Translations under genes and position numbers: made by a program
Source: Azolla caroliniana
Lineage: Eukaryota; Plantae; Polypodiophyta
DNA: 64,000 nucleotides
Assembly: GCA_043228905.1 (NCBI GenBank)
Contig: JBHGNT010000012.1
Coordinates: 3,410,001-3,474,000, forward strand
Direction: 5' to 3'
The notes under the pieces: model-generated
What the model was told of the DNA's origin: nothing
Seen by the model: the letters and a program-made list of their open reading frames with translations, nothing else
Database searches by the model: none
Shown: positions 26,343 through 39,200 of the stretch, piece after piece
Layout of the letters: every line of letters starts with the position of its first letter
Position numbering within the stretch: position 1 is the first letter of the stretch

Positions 26343-29300
26343 TTGGATAAATCTAGTGACCAAATGGGGGTCCCCAACGAGAGTGAGTTGTCAAGTAACT
26401 CATGTATATCTGAAAGGACCAAGAGACGGGTGGTTCTTCACATAGTCCGTTATTTGGTAGAAATAACGAAGAGATTTAGTGAAGAGGATCGTAGGGATAT
26501 TATATGTAGAGTGTTACACCATCAACATTTGAATGAAGACATGGAGAGAATAAAATTTAGGGACCAATGTGTTTCAGAAGAGATTGTAGAGTCTATGAAG
26601 TCATCCCTAGACTTAGTGAAAGGTGTAGAGAGCATAAACAAACTTGCTGCAAAGAGGGCAGCCCTACACATGGTTGTGAACGGTGGGAGAGAAAAAAAAT
26701 ATAGTGATACTAAAGTTGCCTTAGCCCTGGGTATTCAAAGAAGGAACTTGAGGAAACATCACCGAAATATACACTCAAGCCAATTCAAGTGGCTGGGGTT
26801 GGGACATAGACGACGATGTGATGCCTTATCTCAAGAGATTATTGAGAAAGTGGATTCATTTTGGGCCAAAAATACGCGTGTCTCACCAAATAAGAAGGAC
26901 ATGTGTAGACAACGAATAAGTTAGGGTAAGTACCAGATTCACCCTAGACACTTCTTGGAGATGACAGAGGTATTCCATTTTTTTATATCAATTCACATTC
27001 CATAAATTTGTGTTTTGACCAAGTGTATATTAATGTTTGCTATATATATTGGTTGATGTAGGCTGAATTGTACATGAACTTTAAAGACCAACATCCAAGC
27101 TTGACTGTTGGATTCTTCAAGTTCCAAGGTTTGAAACCATTTTATGTTAGAAAATTAAATGAGAGGAATACATGTTGTTGTGTGTACCGCGTGAAGATGG
27201 ACATGTTAAGGCTAGGAGTGAATGCCATGCGTATTGATTCTAAGGGTATACACGGGGAATTATGTGTCTGCACTTGTGAGGTTTGTAGACCAAATGGGGA
27301 GGATAATAGGTGTAATGCACGAAACATGACTTATGCATCCATTTCTGAGCTATGGAGGTCTTGTGTTTGTGAAAAAGAACTATCATGTGAGTGGCATCGT
27401 CGTACATGTCTATTAAGAACATGTAAGGTTTGTCCGCTACCATTATTTTGTAGGCAGGAGCTTGATTTGGGAAACAATCATATTGTGAAATGGAAATATT
27501 TAGAGTATGTGACTAAAAATATTGGCAAGGGACTTGTAACTAAGCGTATCAAGGAAGTATATAAGGAGACATGTGCTGCTACCCTTGTCTCAGAATTTAA
27601 GAAACAACTTCGGGAGTTCATTCCACATAACTTCCGGATTTATTGGCAAAATTCATAGTTCAAGGAATGTATTAATAACTTACCAACGGGCGTCATCGTA
27701 TTTGTTATTGACTTTGTAGAAAACTATACATTTGAAGTTCAAAATGAGGTTCAATCAATGCATTGGTACAATGATCAATGTACAATACTTGTACATATTT
27801 GCTATTGGAGGCAAGACGGTGAGTTACATAAGAAATCAATATTTTACATTTCAGATGATAAGAAGCATGATACACTATTTGTTCAAGATTGTTTTAAGCT
27901 TCACCATACAGATTTATTGTCTCTAGGGTTAACCTTTAACCGTCATTGGGTTTGGTCTGATGGTGTTGCCTCGCAGTTTAAGGCGGCACGATCGTTCTAC
28001 TTTATCGCCAGGTAATTTTTAATCCATATGTTTAGTACTTATCATGCAATGTGTAAGGAAGTAATTCTTGTGTTAGTGCATGCATACTAATTATGTTTGT
28101 AACTATTCACACACAGTACTATTCACATGGATGCATACTAATTCTGTTTGTAACTATTCGAACATAGCACTATTCACATGGATGCATGCATACTAATTTT
28201 GTTTGTAACTAACTTAACTGTTCTTGATTGATCAAATAGTACTATCCTGTCACGTGAATCTGTGTTTATTATCTTTTAATCCATGTGAAGTGTTCTCCAT
28301 AGACAAAGTGTACTATGTTGTGTGTTGTATCTTTACTAAATCAGTATTTACTGAACAATGTAAAGTACTCGTATTGTACTCTATAGTATTGTCCGTCCTT
28401 AAGAGAATTGTACTAATTATCTTTAATCCATGTGAAGTGTTCTCCATAGACACATTGTACTATGTTGTGTGTTGTATCTGTACTAAATCAGTATTTACAG
28501 AAGGATATAAAGTACTCGTCTTGTTCTCATAGTAGTATCCGTCCTTAAGAGAATTGTGCTAATTATCTATTAATCCATGTGAAGTGTTCTCCATAGACAC
28601 ATTGTACTATGTTGTGTGTTGTATCTGTACTAAACTCTTAACCACCCTCGAACAATGACCAAGACATAGCCAAACTACCAAAAATGTGCCATACTGATGG
28701 GTATTAGGATGATGTCTTGTACTCATAGTATTGTCTTATATTGAAGAGTTCGTACTACTTATCTATTAATCCATGTTGAGTGTTCTCCATGAACACACTG
28801 TATTGTACTATGTGTTGTATCTATACTAAATCAGTGTTTATTGGGGGATGTAAAGTACATGTGTTGTAGTACTAATTATCTTCTAAGGAGGGTTGTGTTC
28901 TCCGTGGACACATTGTACTATATTGTGTATAGTATCTGTACTAAATCAGTATTAATGAATGTAAAGTACTCGTCGTCAGCAACATAGTACTATCTGATAT
29001 TGAAGAGTTTGTACTATTTATCTATTAATTCATGTAGAGTGCTCTCCAGGAATTCATTGTACTATGCTTTGTGTTGTATCCATACTAAAATAGTATTAAT
29101 GGATGCCAAGTTCACATGGTTGACAACATAGTACTATTTATCTTTTAATAAGTGTAGAGTGTTCTCAATGGATACGTTTTGCTATTTGTATTTGTACTAA
29201 ATCAGTATTAATGGATGTGTAGTACTCTCGATTGACAACATAGTACTAATTTTGTTGGAAACCTGAGATACAAAACCAGGTATTTCTCCTTATTCAACAT

Positions 29301-30140
29301 TCATATGCAATGGAACTACTTCGGGTCTGGACATAGAAAAGGAGAGCATGATGGCGCGGGGGTTGTGATCAAACGTGCCCTTACAAGTGAGCAGTTGGAT
29401 AATAATGGTGCTAAGTTACAAAATGCACATGATGTTGTGCAGTGGCTAACATGGAAGATGTCAAATGATGGTAAGAACAGATTATTTGTTGAAGTTCGCG
29501 CTGATGAGGTTGATAGAACTAAATCATATGGTTGTAAAACCGTGAAAGGCACACGCAGCACCCATTGTGTATTAGGGTTTAGCCGCAAGGACACAACACA
29601 ATTGTTACTCCGTACTTTATCATGCTTTTGTTCCATGTGTATAGATGAAGCTTGGGATAAATGCATCAACCTATCAATCGTCGAGCCCTGGAAGCTGTAG
29701 AAGCTTGAGCCTGAACGACAAGATGATATTTAAGAGGATGTGCATTCAAACGATATTGTATACTACAACCAACATCAAGACTTGGCAATTTTATTGGAAG
29801 TTGGAGATCATTTTGCAGTGCTCAAATCTCCTCAGAATGAAGATTTAGAAGACTACTACATTGTGGTGTGCAAGCAAGGCAAGACATTTTTGAAAGAAGT
29901 GGTGAGGGATGGCTGGGGCAACAATTTCAACCTTGGTGAGTCTATCGTGTATGGAAACTATTATGCAAAGTTGCCGCAGTGCAAGAACACATATGCATTA
30001 CTAAAAGAAGCACCGATCGCAATAATCTACGTTGATGCCATTCTTGCGATCAAATTCAATATGACTCAAGCAAAGCACAAGGTTAAGGGATACAACACTG
30101 TCTACAAGGTCCCCCAAGAGGTTCATGAGAACATATATGA
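26343..30140 (+). pseudogene. Sola2-type DDD transposase, intron-containing, with stops
   Basis: Cys-rich region (27068-27658), DFVENY..QNEVQSMHW (~27710), ISDDKKHD, WSDGVASQFK (~27950), WNYFGSGHRKGEHDGAG (~29310), LSCFCSMC. Probable introns ~26970-27061 and ~28012-29270. Confidence 0.85.
28080..29260. repeat. AGTACT/GTACTA-rich degenerate tandem repeats in the transposase intron
   Basis: Recurring ~150-bp unit AATCCATGTGAAGTGTTCTCCATAGACA..TGTATCTGTACTAAATCAG. Confidence 0.85.
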
Positions 30141-33090
30141 CTCACCATTGCATTCAACTTTGCCTTTCTTGCCCTTTCCATACAACATTCTTGCAGCATT
30201 CCTCTTCTTAGTTGGCTCTATTTCTAAAGAAATTAGGCATTCAACACTTTCTCAAATGAGAATTAAGATATGTTGGCAAAATTTGTGTTACCTGGATTGT
30301 TTTGATGTTAACCGGAGCTTGGGGAATTTGTTTGTAGCAGCATATGTTCCACTACTCCAATGGCCCTTCTCATACATTCATCTTCATCATAAAACTCATA
30401 GGTTATTGGTAATGATGGTCCCTGAACCTTGGAATGTTCAGTAGATACCGAGGGTTTAGGCACAGGGGCCGGTTGTTCCATTACCTTCCCTGGCGTGGAG
30501 TTGCTTGACACTACAACATTCATTGCAAGAAACCAAAAAACCTTCAAGGTTAGTACCGTGATATAAAATATATAATGTAGGTCACAAGAGCTGCATTACT
30601 AATTCATTAAGCTACACCTAGTTCCCATATTACACAACTAGTACTAATCGTGAACAATGTACTACTCACTTAGTTTCCAATTTACACAAGTAGTATTAAT
30701 CATGAACAATGTACTACTAACTTAGTCAAATTACACAAGGAGTACTAATCATGAACAATGTACTAATCATGAACAATATACTATTCACTTAGTTCCTAAA
30801 TTATTGAACTAGTACTAATAAGGAACAGAAGTAGTACTAATAATGAACAATGTACTGCTCACTTAGTTCCCAATTTACAGAAGTAGTACTAATCATGCAC
30901 AATGCACTACTCACTTAGTTCCCAAATTACACAAGGAGTACTAATCCTGAACAATGTACTACTCACTTAGTTCCCAGATTACAAAACTAGTACTAATCAT
31001 GAGCAATGTACTACTCACTTAGTTCCCTATTTACAAAACTAGTACTAATCATGAACAATGTACTACTCGCTAAGTACTAATCGTTAACAATGTACAAGTA
31101 TAGTGTGTACTAACACTAGTACTAGGCACGTTGTAATATAGATTGGACTAACATCTGATCCAACAAATGTAGATTGGATTTTAGTGATGTCGTGGTATTT
31201 TGCACACAAGTAATACTAAACGTGATATGTGTTCTACACACCTAATTACATAACTTGTACTAATTACACCAACAGTATTAATCTTGAACAGTATTAGTAC
31301 TAAATGTGATATGTGTTGGACACACCTCATTTCCAAATTACACAAACTGTACTAATATTCAGCAATTTACTATACACCTTGTTCCCAAATTACATAACTA
31401 GTACTAATTCCCAAGTTACACAAACAATACTAACAGTCAATAGTGTACTACAAGTATAATGTCTACTAAACTAGTACTAGGCAAGTTGCAATATAGATTG
31501 GACGATGATGTACCTGGTTCCCTTTTAGTACTAATTCTGGAAAATATCCCTTCAACTACACATACCAATTATATATTAAGAGTACTGCCAATACTAACCC
31601 ACATAATTAGGGTTCCACATATTAGTTGTTAGAGATACACTAATACTAATCCATTGTTCTCCTAAATTTGAAGTATGAATTGTGGCGTACACTAGTTCTA
31701 ATCCAAATGTAAATTGACATCATATAATACAAACAATAGAATAGTAGAGCCACATACCGTACAGGTGTACTTTTAAACCCCAAGCATAGTACCACTCAAC
31801 CGCAATTGTAGTTTTACAATCCATACATGTATTCTCTTTCTCAAAATGATACTTAGCACATAGCACATGATATGTATGCAAGCACGGTGTAATCACAACA
31901 TCCATAGCCTCCAGCTTGAATCCGAGGCCACAAAATATACACCTGGCAGATTGCAAACACAAGTTATAATATATTAGCTAATATGATATTTATACCACAT
32001 AAGTAGAAATAAATAACTTTTAAAACCAATACCGTGATATAGCTATACTAGTAATGGTACTTTCCATACCACTTGGGTGCTCAATTACAAATGGACACAA
32101 AGTTTCAAAACCTTTTTGTTTTAAATCCTGCATCAAGCACGCACGGTTCTCGGAATGCAACTTTAAAGCTGACAACTTATTATCTATTTCGGAATGTGCA
32201 TTCCTGCAAGTATCAAGGTCTCTCATCTGTGAACCTAATTGAGTGCCCATATTGTTTAGCTCTTTCTTCAACTCCTATTTCAACACCTCACTTTCTGAAT
32301 TTTGGATTGTCGATGCAATCCATTCATATGTAGTCTTTAATGAAGAGAATTTCTTTTCTGCCTGTATCTCAGCTGATTTAACTGCTTCCAAATCAGCAAG
32401 TAGTGCTTGTATTCTTGAGCTCATAGATGTTATGCAACTGGCCATCATCTGTTCATTCTTTTCAGTCATTGTGGCCCGTACCTTTGCAGATTGAACTTGG
32501 TGGACAGGTGTTGTAGCCGAAATATCCACATGAGAGGTTCCCGATGACTTCAAGCAAGTGTTGGTACTGGAGGGCCCTTTATAATGTTCTGTCCGGTGCT
32601 GATTAAAATCTTCCCAATCTACGTCGATGCCACCCTGAACTTCACATGCAAATGCACGTGCAAAAACAGTACCCACCTCATTGTTACAGATTTGATTTGT
32701 ATCATAAACATGTTCATATCTCGTCTTCAATAAGTTCACATATTCCCTCTTCAATCCACTTATGGGGAATCCTCGCCTTGTATCGGGATGTGCTGACCCC
32801 CAGGTTTTTATCAACCACTCTCTCAGCTCAGGATAAACTTCAGGTCGTGCTCGAAGGAAATAACTCCATCCGAGAGGTGTGTCTCGAATGATGGAGTGGT
32901 ACATCTTCTTTCTCTGTGTTGATGAATTCATCACCCTTTCTCTTGTGGGTGTCTTCTTGATTTCTTTGAGAGGTGTCCTTTTTCCTTCCTTCACTGGTGT
33001 CTTCACTTTCTCTTTCATCAATGTCTTCTTTATGGGTGTCCTTCTCGTCATTGTCCTAGTCATCACTATTCTCGTTGAATGAATATGCAT
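30140..33090 (-). pseudogene. Sola2 passenger gene: coiled-coil region plus RING-H2 finger
   Basis: ORFs 32275-33090, 32020-32271 and 31720-31962 (CIFC..PCLHTYHVLC..CMDC, C3H2C3 pattern); probable last exon 30140-30547. Confidence 0.72.
30595..31500. repeat. ~53-bp minisatellite in the passenger-gene intron
   Basis: TAGTACTAATCATGAACAATGTACTACTCACTTAGTTCCCAAATTACAC units. Confidence 0.9.
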
Positions 33091-34580
33091 GTACTAGAAT
33101 AAAACTCATCAAATTACCATCAACACATAGCAAATCATCACATTGCATGTACAAGCCATGTCAAACACACAAAAACCCTAAATAGTCGGAAGAAAACTCA
33201 TTCATGTCTAACACATACAAATTAAAAACAGACAGACAGGAAACACGGAGAAAACAAAAACATAGCAACTCATCATAGCCAACTCCATCTAAGTTGCATG
33301 TACAAACCATGTCAAACACACAACCACCCTAAACAGTCGAAAGAAAACTCATCCATGTCAAACACATACAAATTAAAAACAGACAGACATGAAACACAGA
33401 GAAAATGAAAACATACCAGTTGGGCATGCAACACATAGAATATGAATAATCAAAACCTAAAAATGCCCATACACATACAAATTAAAAACAGACAGACAGG
33501 AAACACAGAGAAAACGATAACATACTAGTTGGAGGCAGATGGAGCCAAGGTCGAAGGCAGAGGTACCACACCTTCGGAGCACACCAAGCCTTCAAAATCA
33601 CCTATATGCAAGAGGTTGTTGATGAGGCTGCTGCAGAGGAGACAAACGAGCATACACAAGGAAAGAAAATCAACAACAAGAACATCAATCTGGGGAAACA
33701 GAAATCTCTGCATATACAGAGACAGAGATCGAACCTGGCACAGAGGGGAACACAACAACAACTACACGGGGAAACAAAGAATCGAAGGTGGAGTGAGAGA
33801 GAGAAACAGAAAGAAAGAAAGAAATAGAGATTCAAATGTGGAGTGAGAGAGAGAAAGAGAGAGATAGGTAATAGATATGTGTCATCTTTCTAACTTTCTG
33901 CCTCTGTCTGTCTGTCAACTTCGAGACAGAAGAGAGAGAGAGAGACTGAGACTAAGACTGACCAACTATCACATTCCAAACCTTCTCCAGGTGTGCTTTC
34001 ATACAACTCTACCTAGGAGAATGAAGTTACAATTAATGTATTAAATACGGCCTTAGGACATTTCGAGTGTCACGTATATTATCTTTGTACATTCCAGTGT
34101 GACATAATGAATTTGTTATTTGAAATTGAACACCATTCAATAGATGATAATTGTTTTATTTTCAATTTTTAATGTTTATTTTCTTCCTTGATTTAGTACT
34201 AAATTTTTGGCCAAAAGTTGGTACACCGTAGCATGCTTCGACCCATAGAGGATAAGGTTATTGATTATTTTGGCATATCCATTTCCATGGATTTACATGT
34301 AATACTCATTAAAGGTCCATCTTATTCCTTAATATTAAGAAGACCTTGGATGCAAGAATTATATGTAATACATGGTTGGAGTATCATGAACTTATCACCA
34401 TCAAAGGGGTTTAAATCTTCTACGACTTGTATCGACAACAACTAATCAAATTTATAACGGAGAAGGAATCATCTATCAACAATGGCAAGCAAGAAGAGGA
34501 AAGCATAACAATTGATATATCTTCATGAAATAGGGAAAACAAATTGTTCCACGTGGTGTCTAAGGAGGAAGGAGAAGTCA

Positions 34581-34844
34581 TGTCATGAAGACATACATCT
34601 TGGCTTATCATGACATTCATCTTGGCGAACCAGGAATCGAACCCATAACCTCTTGGTTTACATATTGTACTTTAACCATTGTAATAACATATGTGAGATG
34701 TAATCATAATAATTATATGTTTAGTTATTACGAGATATTTAGAACATTCTAGAAGTACAATATGTAAACCAAGAGGTTATGGGTTCGATTCCTGGTTCGC
34801 CAAGATGAATGTCATGATAAGCCAAGATGTATGTCTTCATGACA
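34581..34844. mobile_element. 264-bp fold-back insertion with perfect 92-bp inverted arms
   Basis: Arms 34581-34672 and 34753-34844; TGTCA..TGACA termini; TSD AGTCA (34576-34580, 34845-34849). Confidence 0.93.
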
Positions 34845-36244
34845 AGTCATTGGAGAAGTCATTGAAGATGATTTCAAATGATATCCAAGGAGAAGAGCAT
34901 CTAAGGTTTATTTCTCTTCTTTCTAAGCTTCCAAAGTTATTCATAAATGTCTATTCAGATATAAGAGAGAAGATGGCATCAAACACCACATCAAGTTGAA
35001 GGAGAGTGTACCAATTGCCCAAATGCTTCAATAATCAGAGGATGACATCAACTTTCAACCCTTGATTGATTCCACCAAACAAGATGATATTGTAGATGAA
35101 ATAGTCATTTATAAAAAACAAGGTAGTGTGGAGAATGTGGTATGCCAAGAAGGAATTTATATGGGTGAATCAAAGATGAAAGTAATTCAAAAGGTGACAA
35201 CTCCAACAAGTCTCAAAGCTTTGAAGGTATTTGTGCAAAAGGTTCGCTCGCTCGAAAGATTTATTCATATGTTGACATGCTTACTTCTCTCAAGAGTTAT
35301 GTATCCCATGGCCCTATTGTATGGAGAGTTGACGAAGATATAATAATTGAGGTAACCTCTTTCTTTGTGTTGACAAGGAGAAAGATGGTGATGGCAATTG
35401 TCAATGTGTGTGTGTGTGTGTGTGTTTAGAAGTGTGAGGTTTTTTCTACCGACTAGCGGGGGTTTTACTCACGTAATTTGTTTCTTTTTTATTTATTCTC
35501 TCCTTCTTTGTCTATAGTCGTGAATAAGGCGAAGGAGAATCTTCGGTTTTATTAGTAGCTTAGGGTTTACCATAAATGGACCGTTCACCAAGAAGCAAGG
35601 GGGAGGGCTAAATGTGAAAGTGTTTTTAGAATTCAAGGTATTGAACACTACAAGAATATAAGTTATGACGCATTCACATCCAAAGGTCAAGAACACGAAC
35701 CAAGGTTTGGACGATAAGTCAAACTAAAAGCAAGACACGTGGAGAAAAGTAAAAGAAGAAAAAAGCAGGCCACCAAAATACAGTATGAAACGAACACTCA
35801 TAACTCATTCGTCTGGAAGCCAAATATCATGTTCAAATATATCTTCGAAATCTTGTAAAGAGAGCTATGCGTAGCTTTTTAAATCTCTAAATTTGGATAT
35901 CAGATGAGGGAGATATGACGATTAGAATATTGTTGTGTCATAGCTAAGAATAGGAGATGGAAAAGCTCTAAAAAAAGGGTGGAAAAGAAAGCAAGGGAAA
36001 CTTATCTAGTAGAGGAGAACTTCATATAAAGAAAGAAGAGTAAGGTGGTGGTGAAGGGTCTCTTTCTTGTGGTGATTTCTTTCCAATTCATGTAGTGTTG
36101 TTTGAGTTATTATCAATAGATATTTGTAGTTGTATCTTCTTTCTTTCTTCCTTCTATCATGATCATTCATGATCAATAGATCTGTGTAGTTTTATATTTA
36201 TATTTCTTTATATCTTTTGTTTCTATCATCACTCTTTCACTAAT

Positions 36245-39200
36245 GTTAAGCATATGTTTGTTCCACATGAAATTACCTTGACAAATGCATCCAAACGAAC
36301 ACACATTTTATCCATGAAAATTGTGACATTGATTTCTATATTTTTAATTTCTAATTTCTAAGTCATAACATTGTTTATATTTTTTGGCTCTTTTTATTTT
36401 CATTCATAAGTTATAATACATCAATTTTTTTGGAGTTACAAATTAATGATTCCATTCTTGAATTATTGAACCATACTCGAGCATAAACATGTTCTTGAGC
36501 ACAAATGAGGTGCGCAATGATTAGGACTCTATCGCAAAACTTATACTAATATACCCACTCTTAAGTCAAGGAAGACATGTATTTCTCTTTAGAACTGGAC
36601 CTATGTAACCTTTTATATGTTTTTCATGTCCTCTTCACTCTATCTTTATATTTCTCAATAGTACAATATATGACGAGGCTTATCCATTGTCTAACACTAC
36701 ATAGTGGGGAAATATCTTATATTGTGGCCCTAAGCACGTATTTAATGCTTAAAAGGCTGGTCTTAATGCTAACTAATTAGAGTTGGCATTCAAATTCTTG
36801 ACATATAAAAGTATTATATGTTAATGTTACTATTGAGAGTTGTCCCTTAATATGATATTGAGAGTGTTTTAGTCATGATCACATGTCATTCAATATATCG
36901 GCAATGCTAACCATATATTTGAGCAATATGATTTGTCAATGCCAAGTCAAAAGATCCTTACTGGAGGACACAATCGCAAAAATGACTTTAATATTGTCCA
37001 TAGAGTAAAGCAACGGAAGAGCATGTATAAATAAGCTCCTCATAGGATGCAAATATAATATTTGCCATCATTACAAAGAACAAGGTCCCACTTAAGAAGT
37101 ACAATGCAAACTAGGATGAGAATGGAGTGATGTGCTAGGAAGCTCCAGAATCAAGAAGCCAACTAGTAGCTTCATCCATAGTAACCAAAACTTAAGCTTC
37201 AATTGTGCTCTCAAAAGTAATGATGTTTACCTTAATTGGTGAATAATCCTTAGTCACATCGATGTGAGCCATATCCCAAGCATTACTCCCCTAGAACTTG
37301 ATTCTTAAATTTCGTTATGCTCCATTCTCTGATTTTTATGTTGTCAGTGCTAATTATGTCATCATTTGAATATGCTCCACTTTTGATCCAAAATCAGTAA
37401 CAAAATATCTTAGGGTAAAAAAAGGAATGATCTTTTACAAAATCTAAGAGACTATTTTGATTGTTACTTTTTCTTCGAATAGATTGCTCGGTTACACTGC
37501 AGCAATGTTAAAATTATATCTCTCAAACAAATGAAACATTAATCCCAATAATAATATTCTCACATAAAATGGGAGTTTATAACCTCATGTTTTGCTTTTT
37601 TTCGTGAAGGAAATTTAGGAATCATCTAAACCCTAATGAGGCATTTTTACTAGCAAAAATGTATGTCTATCAAGAGTTTTCTCTTATTAAGATTTTCTGA
37701 GGTGAGAGTTTTGGTATTCAAAGGTTACGTGACATCACATGACGTGGCCTCATGATTCGTCCAAGAATATCACTAGTAGTAGTTTAGTATACATATTGCT
37801 AATGTTAAGCATGTGTTAAAATTTTGTGTTTGTTCTGCATGAAATTAGCTTGACCAATGCATTGTGACCTTGTTTTCTCTATTTTCAAATTTTAAATTTT
37901 GAGCTCTTTTAACGTTTTAAAATTTTTTGGCTCCTTTTATATTTGTATTCGGAAGTTGTAATACATTAAGTCTTGTTGGAGTTACAAATTAATGATTTCT
38001 ATTATTCTTTGGGTTTTTATATTCCATTCAAGAATTAGTCAAATCATTCTAGAGCATAATCATGTTCTTGACTGCAAATGATTTGCACTATGATTAGGAT
38101 GTTACTGCAAAGGTTATATAAATATACCCACTCCTAAGTCAACGAAGACATGTATTTCTCTTTAGGAGTGGACCTTGTGACCTATTATATATTTTTCATG
38201 TCTCTTTCACGGTATAGTATGTAATATACTTAAATGCATTGGCAAACTTTCTTTTCCATTCGAATGCAGACGAATAAGTATGTTATCAAAACATTCTTAT
38301 GTTTTTTTTACACTTTTTACATTAACTTTCTTAACGTAAAATAATTTACCTTATAATAAATAATGAATTCAAAAGTATGGTATTTACCATACTTCAAGGG
38401 TGTTTACCATACTCGAATGATTGAAACATTTTCGAATGCGAATGCACATATGGTACGTATGGTTCATACTATGCAAATTTCACCCTTATCATCACATGTG
38501 ATTATCATATTCACAATAGTACAATATACTACGAGGTTTATGCATTGCCAAACACTACATAGTGGGGAAATACCTTATATTTTGGTCCTAAGCATATGTG
38601 TTGACTGACATATGTGATGACGGGCATATGATAGGATCACATGTCATTTAATATATCGGCAATGATAACCATATGTTTGACCAATATGATTTCTTGACAC
38701 CAAGTCAAGAGATCCGTAGTGGAGAGAAGAAGACCCAACTTCTCCTTGTCTCATGCATTCACAGGCTTGAGGAGAAACAAGACCTCGCCCGTGTCAAGCA
38801 CCAGCTTGTTGAGCTTTGAGAGTTGCACAAAACGCTTCTCAAATTCTTGGAGTAGTGCAATGATATCATTGAAGACAGTTATTCTAGAATTGAACTCTAG
38901 AATATACCTCTTACTAGAATTGAATGGCTCTATCCACTAGGCCGTTCAATTTAAAAATAATAATAATAGTTTTATATCCCGAGATTTACATCTTATCTCT
39001 CTCCTCTTTTTCCTTCCTCCCACGTGCTACTCCTCTCTCACACTTTTTCTCCCACGCCATCACACCACTCTTTTGCCCTCGTTCACATGCATTTCCCACA
39101 CTCAACACGCCACACCACGAAACCATCTCTAGGGAGGTCCATATTTCTCTAAATTTGATCTCCATACAAGGTACCATTAAATTCGTATAAGTGAGGAGGA

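Larger units (their letters stand above)
20759..34244 (+). mobile_element. Sola2-type cut-and-paste DNA transposon
   Basis: ~27-bp TIRs GGGTGGAAGCACGCTACGGTGTACCAA / TTGGTACACCGTAGCATGCTTCGACCC; 4-bp TSD ATAG (20755-20758, 34245-34248). GRG..CYC termini and 4-bp TSD fit Sola2. Removing the element restores element F protease. Confidence 0.88.
18575..36239 (+). mobile_element. Degenerate Ty3/gypsy-type LTR element F
   Basis: LTRs 18575-19156 and 35613-36239; TSD CTAAT (18570-18574, 36240-36244). PBS TGGCGCTCCAGGGAGGG at 19160-19176 (probably tRNA-Asn); PPT 35590-35607. gag with CYSCGVKGHIATLC; protease split by the DNA transposon (..CLGAI|EDKV..YSLILRRPW); pol heavily deleted. Confidence 0.92.

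Noticed and set aside
30595-31500. AGTACT repeats as the target of the methyltransferase
   Set aside because: They lie in a different transposon, and nothing in the sequence links enzyme specificity to this motif.
38208-38480. Small insertion with short inverted ends (GTATAGTATG..CATACTATGC) in a duplicated block
   Set aside because: Possibly a MITE, but boundaries and TSD could not be fixed.
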